Of a DNA stretch of 64,000 bases, positions 63,596-64,000 are shown piece after piece (within the stretch, counting starts at the first letter, position 1; every line of letters begins with the position of its first letter). A program made the position numbers and the translations under genes. The stretch covers positions 24,693,365 through 24,757,364 of the forward strand of contig NC_092678.1 of assembly GCF_964355755.1 (NCBI RefSeq), written 5' to 3'. Under the pieces are notes generated by a model that saw only the letters and a list, made by a program, of their open reading frames with translations, was not told the origin of the DNA and searched no databases. This stretch comes from Antedon mediterranea. Lineage: Eukaryota; Animalia; Echinodermata.

Positions 63596-64000
63596 CCTAC
63601 AGTAGCTGGTCTATCCATGATGGTGTGGTACCATTAGGTCTGCGAAACTTGATAATTATGCTGGACAACAATTATCTCTAAAATTTTACTAGTAAACTAC
63701 TACAGTATACTCAGTTATTTTGACTCACCGTCTGTATGTGTCATTGCTGGAATCAACTGCAGACAAGCTTCTAAGTAAGCCTAGACTTTAGTCAGCTCCA
63801 GCTCAGTTAACTATAGCCTCGCTCAATGCAGGCTTGAGTCAGCTCCTGTAAAACATTGTACTATAGGCTTCTCCATGCTTTCCACAACAAGCCACACATG
63901 CCAAATGAACTAACAATTTGCTCAAGCATGCAAAGTTCTAATTTACATACAATTTGTATAAAACATCTGGTGATGCAAGCATGGCTATACTTTAAATACT

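Overview
AT-rich eukaryotic genomic DNA, probably from a marine invertebrate (inferred from the repeat landscape). The main contents are: (1) the first two coding exons of a minus-strand ADAMTS-family protease gene (28874-27893), whose next intron appears to run off the window start; (2) inside that intron, an intact, apparently very young 5.4-kb DIRS-type tyrosine-recombinase retrotransposon (6022-11395) with identical ITRs, an ICR and gag, RT-RNaseH-methyltransferase and YR ORFs; (3) three tRNA-Pro genes (about 31-32.1 kb); (4) a complete minus-strand UPF2 (NMD factor) gene with 32 coding exons (56992-34569) and two large intronic minisatellites; (5) a probable divergent spliced transcript starting near 58.1 kb; and (6) many MITEs, SINEs and tandem repeats. 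The most notable observations are these. The DIRS gag and the 955-codon YR frame form one reading frame broken only by UGA-CGG followed by a GC hairpin, which resembles a viral stop-readthrough signal, while RT lies in the +1 frame with no nearby AUG. Two hammerhead ribozyme motifs are present, one beside a duplicated DIRS terminus. UPF2 has stacked uORFs and a possible alternative terminal exon. All calls were made by eye, with no database searches.
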